Shown here: positions 9,910 to 21,278 of the stretch, in pieces | Layout of the letters: each line of letters begins with the position of its first letter | Numbering within the stretch: the stretch's first letter is position 1 | Assembly (NCBI GenBank): GCA_937919915.1 | Contig: CALFOL010000581.1 | Location: 1 to 40,517 of the forward strand | Direction of reading: 5' to 3' | Source of the DNA: an uncultured Planctomycetaceae bacterium | GTDB taxonomy: Bacteria; Planctomycetota; Planctomycetia; Planctomycetales; Planctomycetaceae | Length of the DNA: 40,517 nucleotides | Translations under genes and position numbers: made by a program | The notes under the pieces: model-generated | What the model was told of the DNA's origin: nothing | The model's database searches: none | What the model saw: only the letters and a program-made list of their open reading frames with translations

Positions 9910-10130
9910 CGTATTACCCCCTCGTCTCCCGGATATGTTACCCATGTCCTGAACAGAACATTGCGTCCGGCACGTGCCAGCTCACAACAAATCGAGTGCC
10001 ACATTGGGTGACGCATTGATCGCAAGCACAGAACAAGCTTTCTCTGTCTCATGCGAATCCAACACGGCAGGCCGAGCTGCTGTACCGAATCGGAAAACAG
10101 AAATCTGTGAGCAAATGCGGCCTTCGCACA

Positions 10131-10270
10131 CGGCGTGGAGCCGGTGAGCATGTTGAAGAAGACCACACCAGACTCTACTGATCACTCAGTGCGTTTACCT
10201 TCGATAATTCACCGCGCGCCTGCCGCGCGAATGTGAATTCATCGGACTGCGGCTACCCAAAGATTGTTTC
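10131..10270 (-). pseudogene. Relic of a Hanks-type Ser/Thr protein kinase (subdomains VIII-IX)
   Basis: The minus strand reads TIFG*P....ARQARGELSKVNALSDQ*S, then after a 1-nt frameshift GVVFFNMLTGSTP. This matches the consensus GTP.YM.PEQARG....DQYSLGVV.Y.MLTG..P. The TAG is at 10177-10175. Confidence 0.7.
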
Positions 10271-10310
10271 GAACACGATCAACCCTCATCGCTGATGTCG
10301 CCGACCGCAG

Positions 10311-11516
10311 TTATCGCAATAAAGTTGCATCACTGCACAGACGAAAATAAACGTCTGCCGCCTTTTTTAGCTGATCGATTTCTACAAACTCATCCTTGGT
10401 GTGAGCCTGGTCGATGGAGCCTGGTCCGAAGACGACTGATGGCACGCCCGCTGCGCACGTTCGAGACGCGTGCGTTCCGAAGGGTACTCCAATTGCCGCG
10501 TGAGTCTTGTCTGCCTGTTGAACGCAATTCAGCATTGCACGGGCGAGCTGTTCGTTATCTGAGTCCGTTAGCGGGGAACTTTCGATCCATGGTTCATCGA
10601 ACTGCATGTCGAAATCAACCCGTTCTGCGAGGAACTGCCGGATGCTGTCGACGACTACAGAACGATCTTCGCCAGGGATGATTCGTCGGTCGATTTCGAT
10701 CACACATTCGTCCGGCACGATGTTCACACTGGTGCCTCCTGAGATGAGCCCAACGCTTAGCGTCGCTCCGCCACAAAGCGGATGCGGCGCAATGGTTTTG
10801 GTCAGCAGTTCAGCGTATTCCTCCAGCGCCTCGACGACCCTGGCCATCCGGTAAATTGCGTTCACACCCTGGCTTGGGTCGGAGCTGTGGCATGCTCGAC
10901 CTGCCGTGTGGATTTTGAACCGAGTCACACCTCGATGTGCGACAACAACATCCAGCAGCGTTGGCTCGGCGATCACAGCGAACGTTGGGCGTTGTGCCAG
11001 CAGCCGAGACTTCCCTTTGGCCACTCCCCAGTATTGCACAAGATCGTTGATGCCTGTGGTGGTCGATTCTTCGTCACACGTGCAGCTTAGCACAACGTTT
11101 GCGGCTTCTGCCGGTTGCTCACGAATCAACCGGCGAAAGGCGTGCAGCATCGCCGCCATTCCACCTTTCACATCGCACGCACCGCGGCCGAAGAGTTTTC
11201 CACCCTTAATCACCGGTGCAAAGGGGGAAATCGTCATGCCGTCAACGGGAACGGTGTCCTGATGAACGTCGAGCAGAATCGTGACATCCGAACCGTTGTC
11301 GAATCGTGCGATGACGTTGTCGCGGCCTGGTGAAACTTCAATGCGTTCGCAGTCAGCTGAAACCGATTCGAAGAAAGCCTGTAGCCAGTCGCTGACACGA
11401 CCTTCGAAATAGATTTCGCCCGTGACGTCGCGACCCATGGGATTGACGCTGGGAATGGCAATCAATGCTGACAGCAGGTCAACAACGGATTCCGGTTGAG
11501 TGTTCTGTATCGCCAC
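10311..11516 (-). CDS. M20-family metallopeptidase, ArgE/DapE-like deacylase
   Basis: Metal-binding motifs HQDTVP, GRGACDVKGG, DEE, AEPT, GRACHSS and QAHTKDE. Confidence 0.92.
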   Translation of the reverse strand: MAIQNTQPESVVDLLSALIAIPSVNPMGRDVTGEIYFEGRVSDWLQAFFESVSADCERIEVSPGRDNVIARFDNGSDVTILLDVHQDTVPVDGMTISPFAPVIKGGKLFGRGACDVKGGMAAMLHAFRRLIREQPAEAANVVLSCTCDEESTTTGINDLVQYWGVAKGKSRLLAQRPTFAVIAEPTLLDVVVAHRGVTRFKIHTAGRACHSSDPSQGVNAIYRMARVVEALEEYAELLTKTIAPHPLCGGATLSVGLISGGTSVNIVPDECVIEIDRRIIPGEDRSVVVDSIRQFLAERVDFDMQFDEPWIESSPLTDSDNEQLARAMLNCVQQADKTHAAIGVPFGTHASRTCAAGVPSVVFGPGSIDQAHTKDEFVEIDQLKKAADVYFRLCSDATLLR

Positions 11517-11571
11517 AACGTCTTTGCTTTTTGAGGTCTAATGGTTTCTACGACTTGCGAGACAACCTGAT

Positions 11572-13689
<2,118 letters not shown>

Positions 13690-13992
13690 TCAAATCGTTT
13701 TCGCTTCGGTCATGGCTGCATCGGTGTCGGAGGCATCCAGAAGCGGTTCTTCATCCAGGCCTCTCAACGTTCGCACTCGATCGACCGTCATTGCCACAAG
13801 AGCAATCACCAGGATGGCAATGAATTCCCAAAACAGCAGAGCGTTCCCGTTCGATTCCAGCCATTGGGCAACCGGGGCGGCCGGGTCGCCAAACAGCGAT
13901 GCGATCAGTGACAGAATGGTCAGAATGAAGACCACCGTGACAGGAACAATCAACCGAAACAGAAACGATGGCTTGGTTCGGGGACGTTTCAT
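13690..13992 (-). CDS. Small two-TM membrane protein of unknown function
   Basis: The likely start is ATG 13992 (MKRPRTKPSF). It has two hydrophobic helices and an acidic tail, and lies co-directional with and immediately upstream of ligA. Confidence 0.75.
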   Translation of the reverse strand: MKRPRTKPSFLFRLIVPVTVVFILTILSLIASLFGDPAAPVAQWLESNGNALLFWEFIAILVIALVAMTVDRVRTLRGLDEEPLLDASDTDAAMTEAKTI

Positions 13993-14140
13993 CGGTGCCG
14001 AATTATTAGAGGTTGTGCGGAGGACGCTGCGAACACTACGCATAGTAGCACGGAATCCCGTAGGCTCCAGCGATCGGCGGTTTTCGGTTTTCTCCGGGGA
14101 TTTAAAGCGAAAAAACGACCGAACCTAACGCGCACGACAC

Positions 14141-14246
14141 GACAGCGTATCACGCTGACTTGTGGCCGCGGGAACGCGTTTCGATAGAAGAAAGCCTGGT
14201 CCCGCGAGCGAGTACCGGTCACGACATTAAGTAAGCAGGCGCTTAT
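14141..14246 (+). repeat. ~104-bp MITE-like structured repeat, copy 1 (ends degenerate)
   Basis: GACAGCGTATCACGCTGACTTGTGGCCGCGGGAAC...TCCCGCGAG...CACGACATTAAGTAAGC aligns end to end with 21168-21271 and with the reverse complement of 35355-35458. Confidence 0.85.
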
Positions 14247-14344
14247 ATGTTTTCGCACATAATAACCTGCGACTTATCCTTGCCCTGCAGACTGGGGCTG
14301 TCACTGATATGTGCGTTTATTTGTGGGCGGGTGCTTATACTGCT

Positions 14345-17300
14345 CTAGCGAAAGTTTCGCGCTCGCGAATCCAGCTTGTCGAGCATTTCTGACACGTCAT
14401 CCAGGCGGTCGCACACGATATGAATGATATCCCCTTCGCGCTGTAATCTGCCAGAGGCCATCAGCACGCTGGCAAAGCGGGCGGTCGCGCGAAAACGTGT
14501 CCAGACATTCGGGTAGACAACCAGGTTGGCGATTCCCGTTTCGTCTTCCAGCGTCATGAACGTGATGCCGTTTGCGGTCTGAGGCCTCTGCCGCATCAGG
14601 ACCAGTCCAGCGACTTTCACGCGGCGATCGGGCGTGTGTTCTGCCAGTTCCGCCGCCGAAATTGCACGGAGTTGCGTCAGTTGTTCACGAAGAAACGACA
14701 CCGGGTGTTTTTTTAGTGACAGCCCGGCGGTCGTGTAGTCCTGGACGACGTCTTCCTGTCCGGTCATCTGCGGCAGATGCGGATCGGCTTCGTCCACGAC
14801 AGGCCCCGAGAAGTCTTTAAACAGTGGCATGTCCTGCTGGACGGGCATCGACTTCCACAGTGCGTCGCGACGATTCACATCCAGAGAAGCGAATGCATCG
14901 GCGCGCGACAGCAATTGTAATGTTGTTCGGCCCAGCTGCGTACGGCGAGAAAAGTCGTCGAACGACCGAAACGGACCAGTCGCCGCGCGAGCCGTTTCTA
15001 TGCTGATCGCGTGTTCCTGCGAGAATCCTCGCAGCAGTCGCAGACCAAGTCTAAGGCTAACTTGTTCGTCGTTGTGTTTCGACGACGTTGTGACACCTGG
15101 GTTTGTGTTCGCTTCCAGTGTACAGTCCCAGTTGCTGAAGTTGACATCGACCGGACTAACATCAACGCCGTGCTCGCGAGCGTCTCGCACAAGCTGTGCC
15201 GGCGCGTAGAACCCCATCGGCTGGCTATTGATGAGTGCCGCGCAGAACACCGCCGGATGGTAGCGTTTTAGCCATGCCGAGACATAAACCAGCAGCGCGA
15301 AACTGGCGGCGTGTGATTCGGGAAAGCCGTATTCGCCGAAGCCGCTGATTTGCTTGAACACGCGTTCGGCGAACTCGCCGTCGTAGCCATTCGCCAGCAT
15401 GCCCTGCACCAGCTTGCGGTGAAACTGTTCGATGACGCCCGACTTTCGCCACTTGCCCATGGCTCGCCGCAGTTGATCTGCTTCACCCGGTGTAAAGCCA
15501 GCGGCGACAATTGCGAGCCGCATGGCCTGTTCCTGAAAAATCGGCACGCCCAGCGTTTTGTGCAGCACCGACCGCACTTCTTTGCTGGGATACTCGACTG
15601 CCTCTTCGCCCGAACGCCGTCGTAAATAGGGGTGTACCATGTCGCCCTGAATCGGGCCGGGACGGACGATTGCGACTTCGATAACCAGGTCGTAAAAGGT
15701 CCGCGGACGCAGCCGGGGCAGCATGCTCATCTGCGCGCGACTTTCGATCTGAAACACGCCCACCGTATCGGCTGCGCAGATCATGTCGTAGACAGCGGGG
15801 TCCTCAGCGGGCACGTTCGCCAGCGTTAATTGATGGCCATGCTGCTGTTTGACAAAATCGAAACAGCGGCGAATGGCGCTTAACATTCCCAGCGACAGGC
15901 AGTCAACCTTTAACAGTCCGAGAGCATCGAGATCGTTTTTGTCCCACTGAATGACGGTGCGGTTCAGCATCGCCGCGTTTTCGATCGGGACCAGTTGACT
16001 GAGCAATCCCTGCGACATCACCATGCCACCGACATGTTGCGAAAGATGCCGCGGGAAACCCAGTAGTGTTTTCACCAGCTTGATCAGTCGGCGTCCCAGC
16101 AGCGACGTTGGATCGATGCCTCCTGCGCGCACGCGTTCGGCCATTTGTTCCGGCTGATCGACGTGTTCCAGTTGCGAGGCCAGTTTGTCGACGCAGTCGT
16201 TGGACAATGCCAACGCCTTCGCAACGTCCCTGACAGCAGAACGTGGTCGGTAGGTGATCACAACGCCCGTCATGGCAGCGCGGTCGCGGCCATAACGTTT
16301 GTAAAGGTACTGCAGAACTTCTTCGCGGCGTTCGTGTTCGAAGTCGACATCGATGTCGGGTGCTTCATCGCGTTCTTTGCTTATGAAGCGTTCGAACAAG
16401 ACGTCGATTCGATTGGGGTCGACAGATGTCACACCGAGGCAGAAACAGACCACTGAATTCGCGGCGCTACCGCGGCCCTGGCACAGGATTTCTCGTGATC
16501 GAGCAAACCGCACGATATCGTAGACTGTCAGAAAGTACGCTTCGTAGTTCATTTCCGAGATCAACTGCAATTCGTGCTGAATCAGGTCTTTGACCTTGTC
16601 GGGAACGCCTTCCGGGTAGCGAATTCTTGCACCACGCCACGTTAAATCGATCAGATACTGTCGCGGTGTGGTGCCTTCCGGAACAAGTTCTTCCGGATAT
16701 TCGTAGCGAAGTTCGTCCAGAGAAAAGTGGCAGCGATCCGCGATTTCGATGGTGCGTTCCAACAGCTCTGTTCTGTTGTCGAAGAGACGCAGCAGGTCGT
16801 GAGTTGACTTCATATAGCGTTCGCCGTTGGGATGCAGTTCGTGTCCCAGCATCTGCAGGTTTTTGTTGCACCGAATTGCCGTCAGTACATCATGCACTGG
16901 ACGGCGGTCCGTGTTGTGGTAATGCACATCATTGGCGGCGGCGATCGCCACGCCGATCTTTTGGCAAAGTCCGATCCAGCGATTTAGTCGAGTGAGGTCG
17001 TTGGGACCGTGATGGAGTTCGGCGAGGGCGTAGCAGCGGTCGCCAAAAATCTGTTGGTATCTCGTGAGAGCCTCTTCAGTGACTTCTGTTGATAAGCCGG
17101 GTTGATAACTTCCGGTATAACGCAATTGCGATTCTGTCGACAACGGAACACAACAGAGTAGCCCGTGATGGTGTTCAACGATGTCGGCAAGCTTTAAGCG
17201 ACACTCGCCCTTGGTCGCGCGGCGTCTGCCGACTGTGATGAGCTGCGATAACTGTCCATAGGCAGTTCGATCTGTGGCCAGCAGTAGCACCGTGGCAGCG

Positions 17301-17587
17301 TCCTCGGGAACGATCTCTGCACCGATGATCAGTTTCAGGCCAGCTTCTTTGGCCGCCACGTGAGCTCGCACAACGCCGGACAGGGTATTCCGATCGGTCA
17401 CTGCGATCGCTTGATAGCCGTGCACCTTTGCCGCCGCCACAAGTTCGTCGGCATGAGATGCGCCTTCGAGAAACGAGAAGTTGGTACGGCAATGCAATTC
17501 GGCATATGGCAGCGCAGCATCATCAGCCGCGACGACGTTTTGCACCGACGGACGAACGGCTCGCTGATTGGGAGGCTGTTCTGGCAT
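14345..17587 (-). CDS. dnaE2: Error-prone DNA polymerase DnaE2 (ImuC)
   Basis: PHP start YAELHCRTNFSFLEGASH, GRGSAANS, PDIDVDFEH, GFPRHLSQHVGG, DTVGVFQIESRAQM, YGFPESHAASFA, and a C-terminal RNFR motif typical of DnaE2. The likely start is ATG 17587; the extension to 17851 in the ORF track is probably spurious. Confidence 0.96.
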   Translation of the reverse strand: MPEQPPNQRAVRPSVQNVVAADDAALPYAELHCRTNFSFLEGASHADELVAAAKVHGYQAIAVTDRNTLSGVVRAHVAAKEAGLKLIIGAEIVPEDAATVLLLATDRTAYGQLSQLITVGRRRATKGECRLKLADIVEHHHGLLCCVPLSTESQLRYTGSYQPGLSTEVTEEALTRYQQIFGDRCYALAELHHGPNDLTRLNRWIGLCQKIGVAIAAANDVHYHNTDRRPVHDVLTAIRCNKNLQMLGHELHPNGERYMKSTHDLLRLFDNRTELLERTIEIADRCHFSLDELRYEYPEELVPEGTTPRQYLIDLTWRGARIRYPEGVPDKVKDLIQHELQLISEMNYEAYFLTVYDIVRFARSREILCQGRGSAANSVVCFCLGVTSVDPNRIDVLFERFISKERDEAPDIDVDFEHERREEVLQYLYKRYGRDRAAMTGVVITYRPRSAVRDVAKALALSNDCVDKLASQLEHVDQPEQMAERVRAGGIDPTSLLGRRLIKLVKTLLGFPRHLSQHVGGMVMSQGLLSQLVPIENAAMLNRTVIQWDKNDLDALGLLKVDCLSLGMLSAIRRCFDFVKQQHGHQLTLANVPAEDPAVYDMICAADTVGVFQIESRAQMSMLPRLRPRTFYDLVIEVAIVRPGPIQGDMVHPYLRRRSGEEAVEYPSKEVRSVLHKTLGVPIFQEQAMRLAIVAAGFTPGEADQLRRAMGKWRKSGVIEQFHRKLVQGMLANGYDGEFAERVFKQISGFGEYGFPESHAASFALLVYVSAWLKRYHPAVFCAALINSQPMGFYAPAQLVRDAREHGVDVSPVDVNFSNWDCTLEANTNPGVTTSSKHNDEQVSLRLGLRLLRGFSQEHAISIETARAATGPFRSFDDFSRRTQLGRTTLQLLSRADAFASLDVNRRDALWKSMPVQQDMPLFKDFSGPVVDEADPHLPQMTGQEDVVQDYTTAGLSLKKHPVSFLREQLTQLRAISAAELAEHTPDRRVKVAGLVLMRQRPQTANGITFMTLEDETGIANLVVYPNVWTRFRATARFASVLMASGRLQREGDIIHIVCDRLDDVSEMLDKLDSRARNFR

Positions 17588-17863
17588 CAGTTGCAAGTTT
17601 AGTTGATTGACCTTCCCTTGGCGCGGTGTCCAGAACCTCCCGGATTTATCCCGCACACCATTTGACCGGTACATCTTCACTGACCGGAGGACTTGGCCCG
17701 CCTTGTGTGACCGTTTCACGTGAGCCGCATGATCAGCGGAACCGCGCTGCCGGTGTGCCAACACGGCGGAAAGGTTTACTGGCAATAGCTGATTTGCTGC
17801 CCTGAATGGTCGATAAACATCAAGGAACACCTGTTTTGCACTCCGACCCAATGAGGCGCCACC

Positions 17864-20800
17864 GTGTCTAAAAAACCTGTCGACTCAAACATCACAACAG
17901 AACGTCGGTCCCTGCTGAGTCGTTATCGGTGGCTGTTATTCTTCGTGCTGGCGATCGTGTTTTTGCCGTCGCTGCTAACGGTGACTGGCAGTCAAAAGTC
18001 GGCTCTGAACTTCGTGCATCCAAAACTCAGTAAAGCCGTGGAGTTCAAGTCGGCCGTCACGCATTGGTGGGCTCCGGTACAGTTCACTGAAATTCGCATG
18101 AAGGATCTGTCCGCTGAAGCGACCGACAACGTCGAATCTGCTCCAGTGATGACAGCAGCATCCCTCACAACGTCTCAGCCATTGTGGAAACTGGCGATAT
18201 CAATGGGCGCCGGGGCCGAAATTGTGATCAACCAACCGGTGCTGAATGTCCGCGTTCGCGATGGAAGGACGAACGTTGAAGACACTCTGACCAGCGTCTT
18301 TGGTGAAAGCGATACTACGGACAGCGGCCCTGCAATGCCGGTGTCAATCACAATCAATGGCGGCATTGTGCGATTGTTGTCCAACAGCCCGACCGGGTCT
18401 CATCCATCGCCGTTATTTACGACGATTTCCAATATCAACGGCACATTCTCAACACTCGATCAAAGCAAGCTCATTCCCAACGTCATCATGGTTGCCGACG
18501 TAGGAGCGCCAGTCTCTTTGGTAAGCGATGAAGACAACGCGGTACGAGAAAGCGGAGTGAACCCACGAATCGCTGCGGCGCTGGATCGGTTGGCCGGTGA
18601 CGGCCCACTGATGCCGTTCTCGGATACTGACATGGCAGTCTTGCAGTCAGATGAAACTCAACCATCACTAAAAATGCAGATCTCTGCCGCGACGGATAAT
18701 CCCGGTGTGCAGAATCTGGTGCTGGAAGTTCGGCAACTGAAACTGGCCGAACTGGAACCGCTCATTCAACGCCTGATACCAGGGACAGTTTGCGTCGGAG
18801 AAGTTTCGTGTCGGCTGCAGGCGCACCTTCTGGAAGATGGTCACTCCGATGGCTTTGCTGGTCGTCTGCAGCTGTTGGGAGAAAACGTGCGTTGGCGAAA
18901 CACGGCCTGGGCTGCCGGAGAGTCGCTTGATCTGGAGACCGTGTCGGCTCAGGGTGCCGTCGCGTTGGCGGCTGATGGACTAATGGTTAACGACCTGAAG
19001 ATTCGTTCGCCACTGCTGGATCTGTCGGGATCCGGCGAAGTGATGCTGGCAGCTCAGGATGCTGCCGGTGCAGACAACAAGCCCGGTGATGTGAAGTTCT
19101 CAGGACGAATTGATCTCGCCCGGCTGTCTCAGATGCTGCCGCGAACGCTGAGTGTCGCGGAAGGTGTGAAAGCGGAATCCGGTGAACTGCAGTTTTCGTG
19201 TCGCGTTCAGCAGGCAACCGCGGATTCCTCACAAGACGCGCTGCTTGCGATCAACCAGTCCGGTTTCCACTGGCAGCTGGCGGCTCAGAATTCCCCCATC
19301 AAAGCCGTTCGAGACAGCAAGCGACTGACGTTGGATTCGACGCTGCGTCTGGATGCGATTGGCAGTTTGCAGTCAGGTGGCCCCAGTGTTAGCCGCGCCC
19401 GCATCACTGGTGCTTTTGGAGAAATCACGGCTGATCCGATCGCGGATGGTTTTATCGTTAGCGGCACAGTGAACCCGGATCGATTGTGGCAGGATGTTCA
19501 GCAGCTGATCGATATTCCTCGACCAGGACTGACCAGCGACGTCGCGGTGGAAGCCACGCTTCGCATGAGTGATGCCGCGATACAGTTGACGGACGTGTCC
19601 CTGCTGTCGAAGGAAATCGAAGTCAAAAGTCAGCAACTGACGGTGTTTCCAAACGCATCGATCACACAGATGTTTCAGGGTAGCATCTCCGTCAACGGAA
19701 CATCACCAGCGTTGAAGACATTGATCGCGCCGTGGCATTCCGCGACGTGGTTGTCGGACGATTCGACGGTGACAGCAAAACTGGGCGCCGATCCGGCACA
19801 GCACATGACGGTGCAGGCGGTGATTCGCCCGATCGAATCAGGACGTCGCCAACCCGGTGCTGATGATTTCTTTTTTGTCATCGATCAGGGGCGAGTTGAC
19901 CTCAATCTGGTCGCGGACTCAAAGACCGGGCACTCGCTGGTTGAACGTGGGCTGGTGGAGATTGCCGGACTGACCGCGAATGTTTCCGGGAGTCTGGGCG
20001 TTAATAGCGGGTTGCTGGTGGTGAGTCTGGATGCAGACACGGAATACGATCTGGACAAACTGACAGCCAGACTGCTGACAGATCCGGAACGAAAGATTCA
20101 GTTGACCGGTGTCCGCCGCGATGTGTTTCATCTGGAAGGGTGCCCGAACCTGTGGAACGAAACAGACGTCGCGCGCTATTTGTCGACATCGGGCGCGACA
20201 ACAAACAGTGACAGCAATCGTTTGAAGCCGCTAAAAGCGACTGGCCGTGTTTCGTGGGATGGCGGTCGACTGTATGGCCTGGCGTTGGGGGAAGGCGGTG
20301 TTGTGGTAGAGTTGCACAACGGGCTGTTGCGGACAGAACCCATCCGTTGCGAGTTGGGAACCGGCGAAGTCAACGTGATGCCGCAGTGGGACATGAACAC
20401 CAATTTTGTACAACTGGCATCGGGCAGTCGCATTCAGAATCTGCAGGTCACACCGGAGCTCAGTGGTGAGTGGCTGGGGTTTCTGGCACCGATGATGGCG
20501 GAAGCGGCGAATGTGCAGGGCACAGTCTCGGCTCGCGTGCAGCAGTTCGATTATTACATGGACAGTCCGTCGACCAGTACGATTGTTGGACAGTTAAGTC
20601 TGCTGAACACTTCGGCGAGCCCCGGACAGTCCATCGGGCCGTTGATCCAGGTGCTGGATCTGGTCGACCGCAGCGACGCAGGGCAATCGCGGGATCTGGT
20701 CTTTCCGAATCAGGACATACCGTTCGAGTTGCGCAACGGCATGGTCCTGCATGATGGATTACAGGTCGGCTTTGGAAAATACATGCTCAGCAGTCGCGGT

Positions 20801-21019
20801 GGTGTGGGGCTCGACAAACGAGTGCAGTTGGTTTTGACGGTCCCGTTGGAAGCGAACGCGGCCGGTCGTACACTGGAAATACCGGTGGGGGGAACTGTTG
20901 ACCGGCCTCAACTGGACACCAGCGGACTGCTGCAGAACTTAGGACGGCAGCAGATTCAAAATCAGGTCGACAAGCAACTGAACGGCGGTTTGAATAAACT
21001 ACTGGATAAATTCAGGTAA
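17864..21019 (+). CDS. Large membrane-anchored AsmA-like (beta-rich) envelope protein
   Basis: A single N-terminal TM helix (WLLFFVLAIVFLPSLL), a long beta-strand-rich body, and an AsmA-like C-terminus (FELRNG...SRGGVGLD...IPVGGTVDRP). The family call is by pattern only. Confidence 0.65.
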   Translation: MSKKPVDSNITTERRSLLSRYRWLLFFVLAIVFLPSLLTVTGSQKSALNFVHPKLSKAVEFKSAVTHWWAPVQFTEIRMKDLSAEATDNVESAPVMTAASLTTSQPLWKLAISMGAGAEIVINQPVLNVRVRDGRTNVEDTLTSVFGESDTTDSGPAMPVSITINGGIVRLLSNSPTGSHPSPLFTTISNINGTFSTLDQSKLIPNVIMVADVGAPVSLVSDEDNAVRESGVNPRIAAALDRLAGDGPLMPFSDTDMAVLQSDETQPSLKMQISAATDNPGVQNLVLEVRQLKLAELEPLIQRLIPGTVCVGEVSCRLQAHLLEDGHSDGFAGRLQLLGENVRWRNTAWAAGESLDLETVSAQGAVALAADGLMVNDLKIRSPLLDLSGSGEVMLAAQDAAGADNKPGDVKFSGRIDLARLSQMLPRTLSVAEGVKAESGELQFSCRVQQATADSSQDALLAINQSGFHWQLAAQNSPIKAVRDSKRLTLDSTLRLDAIGSLQSGGPSVSRARITGAFGEITADPIADGFIVSGTVNPDRLWQDVQQLIDIPRPGLTSDVAVEATLRMSDAAIQLTDVSLLSKEIEVKSQQLTVFPNASITQMFQGSISVNGTSPALKTLIAPWHSATWLSDDSTVTAKLGADPAQHMTVQAVIRPIESGRRQPGADDFFFVIDQGRVDLNLVADSKTGHSLVERGLVEIAGLTANVSGSLGVNSGLLVVSLDADTEYDLDKLTARLLTDPERKIQLTGVRRDVFHLEGCPNLWNETDVARYLSTSGATTNSDSNRLKPLKATGRVSWDGGRLYGLALGEGGVVVELHNGLLRTEPIRCELGTGEVNVMPQWDMNTNFVQLASGSRIQNLQVTPELSGEWLGFLAPMMAEAANVQGTVSARVQQFDYYMDSPSTSTIVGQLSLLNTSASPGQSIGPLIQVLDLVDRSDAGQSRDLVFPNQDIPFELRNGMVLHDGLQVGFGKYMLSSRGGVGLDKRVQLVLTVPLEANAAGRTLEIPVGGTVDRPQLDTSGLLQNLGRQQIQNQVDKQLNGGLNKLLDKFR

Positions 21020-21167
21020 TGAATCGCTGCCTCGCTTCGAGTTCGTCGCTATAGCATTCCTTCATACGAACCGTGGTGGTTAACGAAGCAGTCGATCACC
21101 ACCATCGCAATTCGTTGTGCGTGATGTCATTCCGCAAAGTTCGTCATTGGGACAGTGACGGCTACTT

Positions 21168-21271
21168 TACAGCGTATTACGCTGACTTGTGGCCGCGGAG
21201 GACGCGTTTCGTCCTGCGTGAGCCGGTTCCCGCGAGCCAGCACCGTTCACAACAATAAGTAAACTGCTCTA
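21168..21271 (+). repeat. 104-bp MITE-like structured repeat, copy 2
   Basis: TACAGCGTATTACGCTG...CAATAAGTAAACTGCTCTA, bounded by TA at both ends, between convergent genes. Confidence 0.9.
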
Positions 21272-21278
21272 GTCCGCT

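Noticed and set aside
4622-10177. Stops at conserved aromatic (mostly Trp) positions in five relics (TAG 4624, TGA 5424, TGA 8298, TGA 9345, TAG 10177), suggesting stop-codon recoding
   Set aside because: Intact genes use TGG for Trp and end in TGA or TAG (for example 4408-4410 and 14345-14347). Most affected sequences also carry frameshifts or deletions. TGG to TGA/TAG is the commonest nonsense transition.
17588-17851. 88-aa N-terminal extension of DnaE2 in the ORF track
   Set aside because: It has no recognisable domain and would fill the whole divergent promoter region. Family homology starts shortly after the ATG at 17587.
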